Part shown: one piece after another, positions 7,698-16,960 of the stretch
How the letters are laid out: each line of letters opens with the position of its first letter
Position numbering within the stretch: position 1 is the stretch's first letter
Assembly (NCBI GenBank): GCA_038109305.1
Contig: JAYNIR010000016.1
Span: 222-64,221 of the forward strand
DNA length: 64,000 bases
Direction: 5' to 3'
Source: Rhodospirillaceae bacterium
GTDB lineage: Bacteria > Pseudomonadota > Alphaproteobacteria > Rhodospirillales > Casp-alpha2
Notes under the pieces: model-generated
Seen by the model: only the letters and a program-made list of their open reading frames with translations
Told to the model about the DNA's origin: nothing
Database searches by the model: none
Program-made: the position numbers and the translations under genes

Positions 7698-9734
7698 ATG
7701 GCCACCAACATGACCGAAACGCTGGTCGGCGCACCGGCGGGCAATACGTTCAGCCGTTCCGTCGACCATTTCAGCCGTTTCCTGGGCTTGAGCGTCGGCA
7801 ATCTGTACCTTCTGGCCGCTGCCTGCACGTTGTGGGAAGTCGTCGCCCGTTACGTTTTCCATTCGCCGACACAGTGGGTGTTCGAAGTCGTCATGGTGCT
7901 GTGCGCCTGCGCCTGGATGCTGTCGGCCGGGTTCGTCACCCTGCAAAAACGCCACATCGGCATCACGGTCCTTTATCTGATGGCGACGAAAAAGACCCGT
8001 TGGTGGCTGGATCTGTTCGCCATGGGCGTCGGTGTGTTTGCACTTTACATGCTGACGTCAGACACGTTGATCCGCGCGCTCGAAAGCATTTCACTGGTCG
8101 AACGCGGCGGCACGGCGTGGAATTCGCCCCTGCCGATGATCGTCAAGACGGTCCTGGTGGCGGGCCTGTTCATCTATCTTATTCAATTGCTGGTCAATCT
8201 GACCCGGCATTTCAAAAATAACCTGCTGCAGATCGGGGTCTATTTCCTGCTTGCGGTGCTGTGCGCCCGGTTGTTGCTGCAGATTTTCGCGCATTTCATC
8301 GGCGCCGGCAGCGCGTTCATCGAATTTGAAGACCAACTGACCGACGTCAGCCGCAATTTCTTCGATCATTTCAAGATCGACCGCGACGCCATCGGCATCG
8401 CCGCCATCTCCATGTTCATTGTCGCGGCGTTGTTGCTTCTGATGATGACCGGCATGCCCTTGGGCATCGTCACGCTGATCATTTCCGTCTGCTGCGCCAT
8501 CGCCTTTTACGGCCTGCAGGGGATGTATCTGGTGTCGACCAACGCCGTCGACCTTTTGGAAAAATATCCGCTGGTCGCCGTGCCGTTCTTCGTGTTGATG
8601 GCCTCAATCCTGGAACGCGCCGGGATCGCCCAGGACCTTTTCGACGCCATGTCGATCTTCGCCGGCGGGCTTCGTGGCGGCGTTGCGCTGCAGACCACCA
8701 TCGTCGCCGTCATTCTGGCGGCCATGTCGGGCGTTATGGGCGGCGAAATCGTCATGCTCGGCCTGGTCGCGCTGCCGCAGATGCTGCGGCTCGGCTACGA
8801 CCGGAAACTCACGATAGGCTTGATCTGCGCGGCGGGGGCGCTCGCAACGCTGATCCCGCCATCTATCGTGATGATCGTCTACGGGCTCAGCGCCAACGTC
8901 GGCATCGGCGATCTCTTCACCGCGGGTTTCATTCCGGGGCTGATGCTGGCGTCGTTCTATGTCGCCTTCGTGCTGCTCCGCTGCAATATGAATCCGTCGC
9001 TCGCCCCCACGGCGGCGGAAATCGCCCTCAAGACCGGGACGGAAGCCAAACTGGGGCGCCACCAGGTCGCTGCCGTCGCCATGTGCATTTTGCTGATCAC
9101 CTGCGTCATGGGCTCCATCTATGGCGGCATCACCAGCGTGACCGAGGCCGCCGCCGTCGGCGTGTTCGGCGCCATCGCGGTTGCCGCCGTTCGGTTCAAG
9201 TTTAATTACCCGCTGCTGCGTGACTGCCTCGCCAACACCATGGCCGTGGTCGGCACCATCATCTGGCTGATTCTGGGGGCCGTGGCCTTCGTCGGGCTTT
9301 ACAACCTGATCGGCGGCGCGGACTTCATGCGTGACCTGATCAGGGGTGCGGGGCTGGGCGCCTTCGGCACAGTGTTCGTGATGATGGCCATTCTGGTCAT
9401 CCTCGGCACGTTCATGGAATGGATCGCCATCATCTTCATCACCGTGCCGGTATTCGCGCCGGTGATCCGCGATCTGGCGCCGGAGCTGGGTATGCAGCCA
9501 GAATGGGCCGCCGTCTGGTTCGGCATTCTGTTCGTCATGAACATCCAGATTTATTTCCTGTCACCGCCGTTCGGCCCCGCGTGCTTCTGGCTCAAGTCAG
9601 TAGCGCCCAAGGACGTGACGCTGCAGGAAATTTTTGTCAGCGTGATCCCGTTCATCGGGCTGCAGATTCTCGGCATGCTGCTGGTGATGTTCTTTCCGCA
9701 GATCGCGCTTTGGATGCCGCAGGCACTGAATTAA
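7698..9734 (+). CDS. TRAP transporter fused small/large permease (DctQ-DctM fusion)
   Basis: 678 aa and highly hydrophobic throughout. The N-terminal ~190 aa is DctQ-like and the remainder is DctM-like. Confidence 0.85.
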   Translation: MATNMTETLVGAPAGNTFSRSVDHFSRFLGLSVGNLYLLAAACTLWEVVARYVFHSPTQWVFEVVMVLCACAWMLSAGFVTLQKRHIGITVLYLMATKKTRWWLDLFAMGVGVFALYMLTSDTLIRALESISLVERGGTAWNSPLPMIVKTVLVAGLFIYLIQLLVNLTRHFKNNLLQIGVYFLLAVLCARLLLQIFAHFIGAGSAFIEFEDQLTDVSRNFFDHFKIDRDAIGIAAISMFIVAALLLLMMTGMPLGIVTLIISVCCAIAFYGLQGMYLVSTNAVDLLEKYPLVAVPFFVLMASILERAGIAQDLFDAMSIFAGGLRGGVALQTTIVAVILAAMSGVMGGEIVMLGLVALPQMLRLGYDRKLTIGLICAAGALATLIPPSIVMIVYGLSANVGIGDLFTAGFIPGLMLASFYVAFVLLRCNMNPSLAPTAAEIALKTGTEAKLGRHQVAAVAMCILLITCVMGSIYGGITSVTEAAAVGVFGAIAVAAVRFKFNYPLLRDCLANTMAVVGTIIWLILGAVAFVGLYNLIGGADFMRDLIRGAGLGAFGTVFVMMAILVILGTFMEWIAIIFITVPVFAPVIRDLAPELGMQPEWAAVWFGILFVMNIQIYFLSPPFGPACFWLKSVAPKDVTLQEIFVSVIPFIGLQILGMLLVMFFPQIALWMPQALN

Positions 9735-9746
9735 CGGAGGATGCCC

Positions 9747-9893
9747 ATGCAAGTCGAAGAACTGCACGACGATCTGGAAGAAGACAGCGTCCACGACAGC
9801 AATTTTTACGGAATCAAACCCGGCATCGCGGGCATTCTGATCGGTTTCGGCCTGATCTGGTTCATGTTCACACTGGCAGACGGGTTCCATTAA
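9747..9893 (+). CDS. 48-aa single-pass membrane protein (below the ORF-track length cut-off)
   Basis: MQVEELHDDLEEDSVHDSNFYGIKPGIAGILIGFGLIWFMFTLADGFH. An SD GGAGG lies 6 nt upstream. Third-position GC matches the host. It sits tightly between dctQM (12-nt gap) and the dehydratase gene (15-nt gap). Confidence 0.5.
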   Translation: MQVEELHDDLEEDSVHDSNFYGIKPGIAGILIGFGLIWFMFTLADGFH

Positions 9894-9908
9894 CCGAAGG
9901 GCAGGGGC

Positions 9909-11654
9909 ATGGCGGGCGACAAAAAGAAACGTTCCTACGAAGATTTCCGCAGTTACCGCTGGTACGGCGTTGACGACCTGCGCGCCTTCGGCCACCGGTC
10001 CCGCACCATGCAGATGGGCTACGACGCCCAGGATTGGGCCGGCAAGCCGGTCATCGGCATCATCAACACCTGGTCCGACATCAGCCACTGCCACATCCAT
10101 TTCAAGGACCGCGTCGAACACGTGAAGCGCGGCATTCTGCAGGCCGGCGGCTTTCCCATCGAACTGCCGGCGATTTCGTTGGCCGAACCCATCGTCAAGC
10201 CAACGACCATGATGTACCGCAATTTCCTGGCGATGGAGACGGAAGAGCTGCTGCGCCAGCACCCGGTCGACGCCTGCGTCCTCATGGGCGGCTGCGACAA
10301 GACCACGCCGGGGCTGATCATGGGCGCCGTATCCATGAACCTGCCGACGATCTATTTCCCCGCCGGGCCCATGCTGCGCGGCAACTGGAAGGGCAAGTTC
10401 CTGGGATCGGGCTCCGACACCTGGAAATATTACGACGACCTGCGCGCCGGCAAGATCACCCAGGACGACTGGCTCGAGGTCGAAGAGGGCATCGCCCGGT
10501 CCTTCGGCCACTGCATGACAATGGGCACCGCATCGACCATGACGTCGATCGCCGAAAGCCTGGGTTTCGTGCTGCCCGGCGGCGCATCGATCCCGGCGCC
10601 GGACGCCGGACACATCCGGCTCGCGACGCAGACCGGCCGGCGCATTGTCGACATGGCGTGGGAGGATTTCAAGCCGAGCGACATGCTCACCCGGTCGAGT
10701 TTCGAAAACGCCATCGCCGCCGCCATGGCCATGGGGTGTTCGACCAACGCCATCATTCACGTCATCGCCATGGGCCGGCGCGCCGGGTTCGACATCGGGT
10801 TGGAAGATTTCGACCGCATCGGCCGCGACGTGCCCGTGATCGCCAACATCCGGCCCAACGGCACGACTTATCTGATGGAAGATTTTTATTACGCGGGCGG
10901 GCTTAAGGCCATGCTCAAGCGGATCGAAAAATTCCTCGACGGCAAGGCCAAGACGGTCAGCGGCAAAACCATCGGCGAAAACATCAAAACCGCCGAAGTC
11001 TATAACGACGACGTCATCCGCACGCTGGACAATCCGATCTATCCGTCGGGCGCGCTGGTGGTGCTCAAGGGCAATCTGGCTCCCGAAGGCTGCGTCATGA
11101 AGGTATCGGCCATGGACAACCGATTCCTCAAACACACGGGTCCGGCCCTGGTGTTCGACGATTACCCGGCGATGAAAAAGGCGATCAACGACCCCAACAT
11201 CGACGCCACGGAGGACACGGTGCTGATCCTGCGCAACGCCGGGCCCAAAGGCGGGCCGGGGATGCCCGAATGGGGCATGCTGCCGGTGCCGACGAAGCTG
11301 ATCAAACAGGGCGTGCGCGACATGCTGCGGATGTCCGATGCCCGCATGTCGGGCACCAGTTACGGCGCCTGCGTCCTGCACATCGCGCCGGAAAGCTATG
11401 TCGGCGGTGGGCTTGCCCTAGTCAAGACCGGCGATATGGTGACCGTCGATGTGGAAAAACGCCTGATCCAGATGGAAGTCGACGACGCCGAACTGGACCG
11501 CCGCCGCGCCGCGTGGAAGCCGCTGCCGCCGCGGTTCGAGCGCGGCTACGGCCTGATGTTTTCCCAGCACATCGAACAGGCGCCCGACGGCTGCGATTTC
11601 GACTTCCTGAAAACCCAATACGGCGCGCCCGTCGCGGACCCGGACATCTATTAA
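9909..11654 (+). CDS. IlvD/Edd-family dehydratase (sugar-acid dehydratase type)
   Basis: 581 aa containing ...GKPVIGIINTWSDISHCHIHF..., MGGCDKTTPG and ...MSDARMSGTSYG..., which are hallmark IlvD/Edd motifs. Confidence 0.9.
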   Translation: MAGDKKKRSYEDFRSYRWYGVDDLRAFGHRSRTMQMGYDAQDWAGKPVIGIINTWSDISHCHIHFKDRVEHVKRGILQAGGFPIELPAISLAEPIVKPTTMMYRNFLAMETEELLRQHPVDACVLMGGCDKTTPGLIMGAVSMNLPTIYFPAGPMLRGNWKGKFLGSGSDTWKYYDDLRAGKITQDDWLEVEEGIARSFGHCMTMGTASTMTSIAESLGFVLPGGASIPAPDAGHIRLATQTGRRIVDMAWEDFKPSDMLTRSSFENAIAAAMAMGCSTNAIIHVIAMGRRAGFDIGLEDFDRIGRDVPVIANIRPNGTTYLMEDFYYAGGLKAMLKRIEKFLDGKAKTVSGKTIGENIKTAEVYNDDVIRTLDNPIYPSGALVVLKGNLAPEGCVMKVSAMDNRFLKHTGPALVFDDYPAMKKAINDPNIDATEDTVLILRNAGPKGGPGMPEWGMLPVPTKLIKQGVRDMLRMSDARMSGTSYGACVLHIAPESYVGGGLALVKTGDMVTVDVEKRLIQMEVDDAELDRRRAAWKPLPPRFERGYGLMFSQHIEQAPDGCDFDFLKTQYGAPVADPDIY

Positions 11655-11672
11655 AAGACCCAGGAGGCCCAG

Positions 11673-12398
11673 ATGGCGAAAGCCAAACTCAGCGCGGCCA
11701 CGCGCGACAAACTCATGCATGTCTCGACGGCGACGCTGTGCACAGCGCTGTTCAAGGTCGGGCTGAAAAACCAATTCATCCAGGACGTTCACCCACTTGG
11801 CTTCAAGGGCAGGAACATGGTCGGACAGGCCTATACGCTGCGCTATATCCCGGCGCGCGAAGACCTGAACCCGATTTCGGTATTCCAAGACCCCAAGCAT
11901 CCGCAGCGCGTTGGCGTTGAAGAATGCCCCAAGGGATACGTGATGGTCATCGACTCGCGGAAAGACCCGCGCGCCGCATCGGCGGGATCGATCCTGGTGA
12001 CCCGACTGATGAAACGCGGCTGCGCCGGCGTGGTTTCCGACGGCGGGTTCCGTGATGCGCCGGAAATCGCACAATTGGACATCCCCGCTTATCACAACCG
12101 GCCGTCGGCGCCGACCAACCTGACCCGGCATCAAGCCATTGAACTGAACGGTCCCATCGGCTGCGGCGACGTCGCGGTGTTTCCGGGCGACGTGATCGTC
12201 GGCGATGGGGAAGGGGTCGTCGTGATCCCCATCCATCTGGCCGACGCCATTGCCGAGGAAGCCAAGGAAATGACTGCGTTCGAAGACTTCGTCACCGAGC
12301 GCGTGAACGCAGGCGAAACCATCATCGGCCTCTACCCCGCGACCAAGGAAAAAAACAAGGCGGCCTTTGCAAAGTGGCGGAAAAAGAATAAGCGTTAG
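11673..12398 (+). CDS. RraA-like protein (putative 4-hydroxy-2-oxoacid aldolase / oxaloacetate decarboxylase fold)
   Basis: 241 aa containing ...VSTATLCTAL..., ...GSILVTRLMKRGCAGVVSDGGFRD... and ...GDVIVGDGEGVVVIP, typical of the RraA/HMG-aldolase family. Confidence 0.75.
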   Translation: MAKAKLSAATRDKLMHVSTATLCTALFKVGLKNQFIQDVHPLGFKGRNMVGQAYTLRYIPAREDLNPISVFQDPKHPQRVGVEECPKGYVMVIDSRKDPRAASAGSILVTRLMKRGCAGVVSDGGFRDAPEIAQLDIPAYHNRPSAPTNLTRHQAIELNGPIGCGDVAVFPGDVIVGDGEGVVVIPIHLADAIAEEAKEMTAFEDFVTERVNAGETIIGLYPATKEKNKAAFAKWRKKNKR

Positions 12399-12424
12399 AT
12401 GACCAAACCCTGGGAGAGCCGCCA

Positions 12425-13627
12425 ATGAAAATCACAGGCATTGAAACTATCGAATGCGACGCCGGTTGGCGGAACTATTATTTTGTCAAGCTGACGACCG
12501 ATACGGACGTCGTCGGTTGGTCGGAATACGATGAAGGGTTCGGCTCCCCCGGCGTCGGCGCGATCATCAACAAGCTGAAAGGCCGGGTAATCGGCCAGGA
12601 CGCCGGCAATCACGAACAGGTCTTTCAACTGCTGTCCAGCCTGACCCGCCCGGCGCCCGGCAGCGTCATCGGCCAGGCCTTGGGCGCAATTGAAAACGCC
12701 ATGCTGGACGCCAAGGCCAAGGGCTTGGGCGTGCCGTGCTATGAACTTTTGGGCGGCAAACAGCGGGACAAAATCCGCGTCTACTGGTCGCACTGCGCGA
12801 CCTGGCGCATCAACCACCCGGATTATTATAAACCGCAGATCACCGACCTGGACGGCATCCGCCAGGCAGGGACGGAAGCGCGCGAACGTGGCTTCACCGC
12901 CGCCAAAACCAATCTGTTCATTCACGAAGACGGGCCGATCTGGCCGTGGCGGCCCGGGTTCGCCATTCCGTCCTACATGCCGGAACTGCCGGTTTCGAAA
13001 AAACTGATCCGCAACGTCCGCGACTGCCTGGAAGCGTTGATTGATGGCGCCGGGCCGGACGTCGACATTCTGGTCGACTGCAACTTCAATTTAAAACCCG
13101 ACGGGCTTTTGAAACTGCTGCGCGGACTGGAGGATTTGAACCTCTTCTGGGTCGAACTGGACACCCACAACCCCAAGGCGCAGGGCTATGTCCGCGATCA
13201 TTCGCGCCATCCCATCGCGTCCTGCGAAACGCTGATCGGGTTGAAGAACTTTCTGCCCTATTTCGAACATCAGGCCATGGATGTGGCGATCGTCGATACG
13301 GTGTGGAACGGCGTCTGGCAGTCGATGAAGATCGCCGCCATGGCCGACGCCCACGACATGAACATCGCGCCGCATAACTTCTACGGCGATCTGTGCACGA
13401 TGATGAACGTCAACTTCGCCGCCGCGGTGCCCAACCTGCACATCATGGAAACGGATGTCGACCGTCTGCCGTGGGAAGGCGAACTGTTCACCCATCAGCC
13501 GGAAATCGTCGACGGACACATGATCGTTTCCGACCGGCCCGGCTGGGGCACGGACCCGATTGAAGAAGCGCTCCGCGCCCGGCCGCCCAAGGGCACCGGC
13601 GGTCTGGTCAATTATAAGCGCGACTGA
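12425..13627 (+). CDS. enolase-superfamily enzyme (mandelate racemase/muconate lactonising family, acid-sugar dehydratase-like)
   Basis: 400 aa starting MKITGIETIECDAGWRNYYFVKLTTDTDVVGWSE..., with ...AIENAMLDAKAKGLGVPCYELLGG... typical of MR/MLE-type dehydratases. Confidence 0.85.
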   Translation: MKITGIETIECDAGWRNYYFVKLTTDTDVVGWSEYDEGFGSPGVGAIINKLKGRVIGQDAGNHEQVFQLLSSLTRPAPGSVIGQALGAIENAMLDAKAKGLGVPCYELLGGKQRDKIRVYWSHCATWRINHPDYYKPQITDLDGIRQAGTEARERGFTAAKTNLFIHEDGPIWPWRPGFAIPSYMPELPVSKKLIRNVRDCLEALIDGAGPDVDILVDCNFNLKPDGLLKLLRGLEDLNLFWVELDTHNPKAQGYVRDHSRHPIASCETLIGLKNFLPYFEHQAMDVAIVDTVWNGVWQSMKIAAMADAHDMNIAPHNFYGDLCTMMNVNFAAAVPNLHIMETDVDRLPWEGELFTHQPEIVDGHMIVSDRPGWGTDPIEEALRARPPKGTGGLVNYKRD

Positions 13628-13721
13628 CGCGGCAGGGCACAGGCCTGCGTTTCCGGCCCCTGCGTTTCCGGACGATGTGTGTTAGACTCGCGCTGTCGAC
13701 CATTCGCCGGACGAGGCCTCC

Positions 13722-13976
13722 ATGCGATTTCTCCTTTTCGCCGTCATCGGGTTCGGGCTTGCCGCCTGTGCACAGCCCGTCATCAAGAACGAGGAAATCA
13801 CCATCGAACACCCGGTGAACCAGTTCGGCATCGCGGAACTGAAAGCCGACGACCACTGCAAGGAATTCGGCAGGCGGGCCCGCCATGTGCAGACCACGCC
13901 GAGCACCACATCGGTGCTGTTTTTCCAATCGAGCCTCAGCACCTTCGAGTGCGTCATCCCCAAACCCAAGGGCTGA
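13722..13976 (+). CDS. small lipoprotein, uncharacterised
   Basis: 84 aa. Signal peptide with a lipobox (MRFLLFAVIGFGLAAC). Confidence 0.45.
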   Translation: MRFLLFAVIGFGLAACAQPVIKNEEITIEHPVNQFGIAELKADDHCKEFGRRARHVQTTPSTTSVLFFQSSLSTFECVIPKPKG

Positions 13977-13999
13977 CCGGCGCGTACCGGTAATTTCGG

Positions 14000-14506
14000 T
14001 TAATTGGACTGCCGCGTTTCGAGGGCCGCGTTTTCGATCCGGATGCGGTGCCACAGGATCACCGCGTTGACGCAAAAGAAAATCACTGCGATTTCAACCG
14101 CGCCGAACACCATGGGCAGGACGAATATTTCCAACGCGACCACCAGATAATTGGGATGGCGGATGAATTTGTAAGGGCCGCGGCGGACCAGGGGCGCGTC
14201 GGGGATCGAAATGATCCGCGTCGTCCAATAGGGGCCGAGCGTCCGGATCACCCATGCGCGCCCCGCTTGCAGCAGGACGAACAGCACAAGCCACGGCGTC
14301 GAGAGCGGGGCATCAGGCGGAATGCCCACCGCCATGGTCAAGAGCCACACCGCATGGAGCCCGACGATGACCGGGTAATGGCTGCGCCCGTGCTCAACCC
14401 CGCCCTGGGCCAGAAGCCGTGCGGTGTTGCGGCGCGCCAAAACCAGTTCAGCCACACGTTGCAGAACAACCAGGCCGAGGAGAATCCAAATCGCGCTCAT
14501 GCGCAA
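14000..14506 (-). CDS. isoprenylcysteine carboxyl methyltransferase (ICMT)-family membrane methyltransferase
   Basis: 168 aa and multi-pass hydrophobic, with the motif ...GPYKFIRHPNY.... Its start overlaps the upstream type III PKS stop by 10 nt, the arrangement seen in bpsA-bpsB / srsA-srsB operons. Confidence 0.8.
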   Translation of the reverse strand: MRMSAIWILLGLVVLQRVAELVLARRNTARLLAQGGVEHGRSHYPVIVGLHAVWLLTMAVGIPPDAPLSTPWLVLFVLLQAGRAWVIRTLGPYWTTRIISIPDAPLVRRGPYKFIRHPNYLVVALEIFVLPMVFGAVEIAVIFFCVNAVILWHRIRIENAALETRQSN

Positions 14507-15582
14507 TACCCCGATGTCAGCGTCACGAACCCGGCGGAAAACCCGGGGCCGAGCGCCGACATCAATGCGCGATCGTCCCGCCCGTCCGCGCCGAACCCGT
14601 CAGCCAGGGCACGTTCCAGCACGAACATCACCGACGCCGCTGACATGTTCCCAAAATTGCGCAGCACATGGCGGGTTTGGCTGAGCCCGCCCGGCGCCCT
14701 GCCGAGCACGGCCTCAAGCGCTTCAATCACCTTGGCTCCGCCCGGGTGGGCGGTAAACCAACCGATGCCGTCGAGCCCGTGGCCGCCCCGCGCCAGATAA
14801 GCATCCAGCACCGGCGGCAATTCGGTTTCGACCAAATACGGGATATCGCGGGAAAACAGCACGCCGAGCCCGTCTTCCTCGACCGTCCAACCCATGACGC
14901 CGAGACTGTCCGGCCAGGTGTGTTCGCCCCATTGCGTAACCGCCGGCGCGGATGTGGGGCCGTCGCTCGAAATCACCGCCGCTGCGGCGCCGTCGCCGAA
15001 CAGCGCCGTTGCGATGACGTTGCTTTTCGACAGGTCGGTGCCGCGGAAGGTCAGGCCGCACAGTTCAACCACCAGCAGCAGAATGTTCGCGCCCGGGCGG
15101 GCAAGTGCCAGTTCCGCCGCCCGCGCCATACCGGAAACGCCGCCGGCGCAACCCAATCCGAACATCGGCAGGCGCATCGTTTCCGCCCGGAACGGCAACC
15201 GCCCGAACAGCCGCGCGTCGAGCGATGGCGTCGCGATACCCGTGGTCGATACGGTGACGACCGCGTCGATGTCCGGCGCCGTCAGCCCCGCCTGATCCAT
15301 CGCCCTGGCCGCGGCGTCGGCCAGAAGGTTCAAAGCGTGGGCAAGGTACTGCGCATTCTTTTCCGCCCATCCCTTGGGTTCGGAAAACCACTCGAGCGGC
15401 ATGCACGAATGGCGAAATTCGATACCTGCGTTGTCAAACGCCGGTAACAGGCGGTCCACATCCCGGATCCGGCCATTGAACTGTCCTCGCGCCCAATCGC
15501 GGATGTCGGCCTGCGCCAACCGGTGCGGCGGCACGGCGGTCGCGATTGAAAGCAAGCGGGGCGGGGCGGGGCGTTTCGGCAT
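14497..15582 (-). CDS. type III polyketide synthase (chalcone synthase-like)
   Basis: Starts MPKRPAPPRLLSIATAVPPH... and contains ...STTGIATPSLDARL... and the active-site Cys context MFGLGCAGGVSG. The internal ATG at 15582 was preferred over the longer track ORF. Confidence 0.85.
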   Translation of the reverse strand: MPKRPAPPRLLSIATAVPPHRLAQADIRDWARGQFNGRIRDVDRLLPAFDNAGIEFRHSCMPLEWFSEPKGWAEKNAQYLAHALNLLADAAARAMDQAGLTAPDIDAVVTVSTTGIATPSLDARLFGRLPFRAETMRLPMFGLGCAGGVSGMARAAELALARPGANILLLVVELCGLTFRGTDLSKSNVIATALFGDGAAAAVISSDGPTSAPAVTQWGEHTWPDSLGVMGWTVEEDGLGVLFSRDIPYLVETELPPVLDAYLARGGHGLDGIGWFTAHPGGAKVIEALEAVLGRAPGGLSQTRHVLRNFGNMSAASVMFVLERALADGFGADGRDDRALMSALGPGFSAGFVTLTSGYCA

Positions 15583-15713
15583 GGTGCGGCCATCCGGATC
15601 GGTGTCAGTGACTACGGAACCTACCCCCATAATACGGCGATGTGCAGGCGGGCTTCATCAAGTCTCCGTGAACCGGCCGTGGGTGTCGCCCAAATCGCGA
15701 TCGATGTCTTGGG

Positions 15714-16304
15714 TTATTTAAGTCTCTCCCGCACATACGCCGGCAGCGTCGGCTTCAGGCTTGCCAGATCGCTTGGGAAATAGGCGTGGCCGTTACACTG
15801 GCCGTCGAATTGTCCCGACAGTTCGCCCAGTTGCCGGACGTATTGATTGTTGCTGCGCACGGTCTGGCGGCGTTGTTCAACCCAGCGGTTATATTCGGCA
15901 ACGCCGCCTTCGTAGGCCGCGCGCCGCGAGGGATCGGTGCGGGAGAGTTCGGCCATCATCCGAAGCCTCGGCCCGGCATCGCGGATGAGGTTGTCGAAAT
16001 CGCGGATCGCGCCTTTGGCCTGATCAATGACCGCAGCCGTCTGATCTAGCTGAAAGGCAAGCAAAACGCACGTCTTTAGCCTGTCCGGCGTCATCACGCC
16101 GGGGCCGTAGATTTTTTCATCGCCGTCGTACAGCGCCGGCGGCGCGTTTCGCGACGCGCCGATCAACGCATCGAGGATGCCGGCGGCGTGGGATGGGACC
16201 GTGGCGACCGCCAGAACGGCGGCGATCGCGAATCGGATGGAAAATTTGGCGGCGGACGTCGGGTTCACCGGTGATCCTCTGGACTGGTCCCTGTCGGAAC
16301 TCAT
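15714..16304 (-). CDS. hypothetical secreted protein
   Basis: Taken from MSSDRDQSRGSPVNPTSAAKFSIRFAIAAVLAVATVPSHAAG (signal-like). I recognise no family. Third-position GC bias is consistent with coding. Confidence 0.45.
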   Translation of the reverse strand: MSSDRDQSRGSPVNPTSAAKFSIRFAIAAVLAVATVPSHAAGILDALIGASRNAPPALYDGDEKIYGPGVMTPDRLKTCVLLAFQLDQTAAVIDQAKGAIRDFDNLIRDAGPRLRMMAELSRTDPSRRAAYEGGVAEYNRWVEQRRQTVRSNNQYVRQLGELSGQFDGQCNGHAYFPSDLASLKPTLPAYVRERLK

Positions 16305-16436
16305 GGCCCGTTGATGATATCGCGGATCGGGAAGGCGGCAAAATCCGATACTTGCAAATGCCTGCAAAAAATTCGTAAGGCGAGGAAATTCTGCGGCAAT
16401 ATTCGCATTAACCATAAAAAGCGCCCATATTGACCG

Positions 16437-16895
16437 ATGGTTGAACTTGTAACCGGAAGCGGCGCCCACCGAACCCTGAGCCTCAATGCGGCTCAGCAGT
16501 ATGCGGCCGAGGCCCAGCGTCTGGCGCAGGCGGAAGCGGCGCAACAGCGGCGGGATCTACTCGCGGTCGGGGCGGCGCGGCTCAGAGCCGATCCGCTGGC
16601 GCGGGGGCCGCTCGACGCGACCGTGCCGGCGGGGGATGTCGATGCCCGGTCGGCGGATCGGCCAAGCCGATCGCCGCAGCTTGCCGACTTGGTTTCCGAT
16701 CCGAACGAGGTCAACCGCATCCTGGAAGAAACGCAGGGCGTCAACCGCCGGGGCAGCGACGGCGACCGCGCAGCGCAGGCGGCGCTCCTCGTCGATGCTT
16801 TCCGCCGCTCGCTGTTTATTTCGATGATCGATCCCGGCCGCGCCATGACGGTTTTGGGTGCGCGGGACATCATCAAGATGGAAGATGAGACGTAA
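16437..16895 (+). CDS. hypothetical protein
   Basis: 152-aa ORF with strong third-position GC bias in this frame, unlike the overlapping minus-strand ORFs. I recognise no family. Confidence 0.4.
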   Translation: MVELVTGSGAHRTLSLNAAQQYAAEAQRLAQAEAAQQRRDLLAVGAARLRADPLARGPLDATVPAGDVDARSADRPSRSPQLADLVSDPNEVNRILEETQGVNRRGSDGDRAAQAALLVDAFRRSLFISMIDPGRAMTVLGARDIIKMEDET

Positions 16896-16960
16896 ATCCC
16901 GTTGGATTTGTAGGGGACGAGGACGGAGATGGAACAGGCGAGGGGCCGCGGCCCCGACAG

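Noticed and set aside
13644-13671. A 13-bp direct repeat CCTGCGTTTCCGG, present in two copies 15 bp apart, downstream of the enolase-family gene.
   Set aside because: It is short and GC-rich with no associated structure or gene start. It could be chance or a minor slippage product.
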